Assembly: GCA_965224085.1 (NCBI GenBank)
Contig: CBDCYI010000011.1
Span: 1,088,001 to 1,152,000, forward strand
Length of the DNA stretch: 64,000 nt
From: Candidatus Marinacidobacterales bacterium
Lineage (GTDB): Bacteria > Acidobacteriota > Vicinamibacteria > Marinacidobacterales > SMYC01
Direction: 5' to 3'
The notes under the pieces were generated by a model. That model made no database searches. It had not been told where the DNA came from and saw only the letters and a list, made by a program, of their open reading frames with translations. Below are positions 62,833-64,000 of the stretch, in pieces (position 1 is the stretch's first letter; every line of letters begins with the position of its first letter). A program made the translations under genes and the position numbers.

Positions 62833-63888
62833 ATGAAGTCCAAAGCCTGTGCCGGTGGCGTTCTCACGGTGCTCTTGATCCTCGCTGGCTGCGCGCCGCC
62901 CGCTCCTGAGTGGGAGCTCGCGAATCCTATCGAGCCACTTCCCGAGCCGCCGCTTGGCGTTACGCACACGTTCGATGAGCTCGAGGATCCGCCGACGCCC
63001 GAGACCGCGCGCCTCGGCAAATGGCTCTTCTACGACACGCGCCTTTCCGCCGACAACACCGTTTCTTGCGCTACGTGCCACCGCCCGGAGAACGCTTTCT
63101 CCGAACCGACGCCCGTATCGACCGGTATCCATGGCCAAAAGGGAGGCCGCAAGGCGCCGACCTTCATCAACGCAACCTGGGCACTGTTGCCACACACCTT
63201 TTGGGACGGACGCGCGGGCTCGCTCGAAGACCAGGCGCTCGGTCCCGTCGCGAACCCCATCGAGATGGGGAACACCCACGAGCAGATGATCGCGACATTG
63301 CAAGCCGCCGAGAGCTACGCAAGATACTTCGAAGAGGCCTTCGGCACCCCGGAGATCACAACCGACCGAGTCGCCAAAGCCATCGCGGATTACGAGCGAA
63401 CCCGGATGAGCGGGAACGCACCCTATGACCGCTGGAAGGATGGCGACGAGAGCGCCGTCTCGGATGCCGTGAAGCTCGGCGACGAGCTCTTCTTCGACAA
63501 AGCCAGCTGCAACCAGTGCCATCTGGGATACAACTTCACCGACGCGCTCTTTCACAACCTCGGCGTAGGCTGGGACCCGGAAACCGAGGCGTTCGCCGAC
63601 AAAGGCCGCGGCGAAATCACTGGCGACGAGAGCGAGCTAGGTGCCTTCAAAACCCCCACCGTACGCGAAGTGACCAAGCGCGCTCCGTACATGCACGACG
63701 GCTCAATAGAAACCTTGCGCGAAGTCGTCGAGCTCTACAACCGAGGCGGCGACGAAAACCCCCACCTGGACCCAAAGATCCAACCCCTCAACCTGACCGA
63801 GGAAGAGATCGACGCCCTAGTAGCAATGATGGAATCCCTAGAAGGCGAGTCCTACATGGACACCGCCCCCAGCGCCTTTCCGCAGTAA
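62833..63888 (+). CDS. Diheme cytochrome c peroxidase/MauG-superfamily lipoprotein
   Basis: Lipobox LAGC; SCATCH, FWDGRA, CNQCH, FKTPTVR and APYMHDGS. Confidence 0.9.
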   Translation: MKSKACAGGVLTVLLILAGCAPPAPEWELANPIEPLPEPPLGVTHTFDELEDPPTPETARLGKWLFYDTRLSADNTVSCATCHRPENAFSEPTPVSTGIHGQKGGRKAPTFINATWALLPHTFWDGRAGSLEDQALGPVANPIEMGNTHEQMIATLQAAESYARYFEEAFGTPEITTDRVAKAIADYERTRMSGNAPYDRWKDGDESAVSDAVKLGDELFFDKASCNQCHLGYNFTDALFHNLGVGWDPETEAFADKGRGEITGDESELGAFKTPTVREVTKRAPYMHDGSIETLREVVELYNRGGDENPHLDPKIQPLNLTEEEIDALVAMMESLEGESYMDTAPSAFPQ

Positions 63889-63935
63889 GGAAATGTAGCC
63901 GGAAGCAGGCAGCGGGTAGCGATACGAAATACGGA

Positions 63936-64000
63936 TCAGAACCGAATCACGATGCCGCCGGTCACCTGAAAATAAATAGGCTCGAGCTCGATCGGATCGA
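63936..64000 (-). CDS. C-terminus of a probable outer-membrane beta-barrel protein (partial)
   Basis: ...PIYFQVTGGIVIRF* with an alternating pattern and terminal Phe. Confidence 0.5.
   Translation of the reverse strand, partial: DPIELEPIYFQVTGGIVIRF

Overview
A GC-rich (roughly 60%) bacterial chromosomal window. Fragments of ADOP-type duplicated permeases, a giant M14 peptidase and a PD40-PHP hydrolase suggest Acidobacteriota (inference). Intact genes include pepQ, yfbR, an acyl-CoA thioesterase, a haloalkane dehalogenase, an M13 peptidase, a FecA-like TonB receptor with a Fur-like box, c-type cytochromes, ettA, a HugZ-like protein, a CoxL-like subunit, a membrane lipid/glycan-modification cluster and two toxin-antitoxin pairs. 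About 20 gene remnants left by deletions, nonsense codons and frameshifts lie between them. Mobile DNA comprises an ISAzo13, an IS6, a tandem pair of ISNCY (ISDol1-like) elements, a truncated transposase and a tmRNA/tRNA-type att remnant. Four observations stand out. (1) A 2.6-kb inversion (about 6588-9226) can be reversed to rejoin two split genes. (2) Two sites share the layout tRNA/tmRNA 3' remnant, GGTGCG repeats, Xer/dif-like site, cargo. (3) A MerB-like remnant has an in-frame UGA followed by a SECIS-like hairpin. (4) The IS tandem sits in a TAGCTA target that includes a premature stop codon. No rRNA, complete tRNA or CRISPR array was found. All family calls come from motif recognition by eye, not from database searches.
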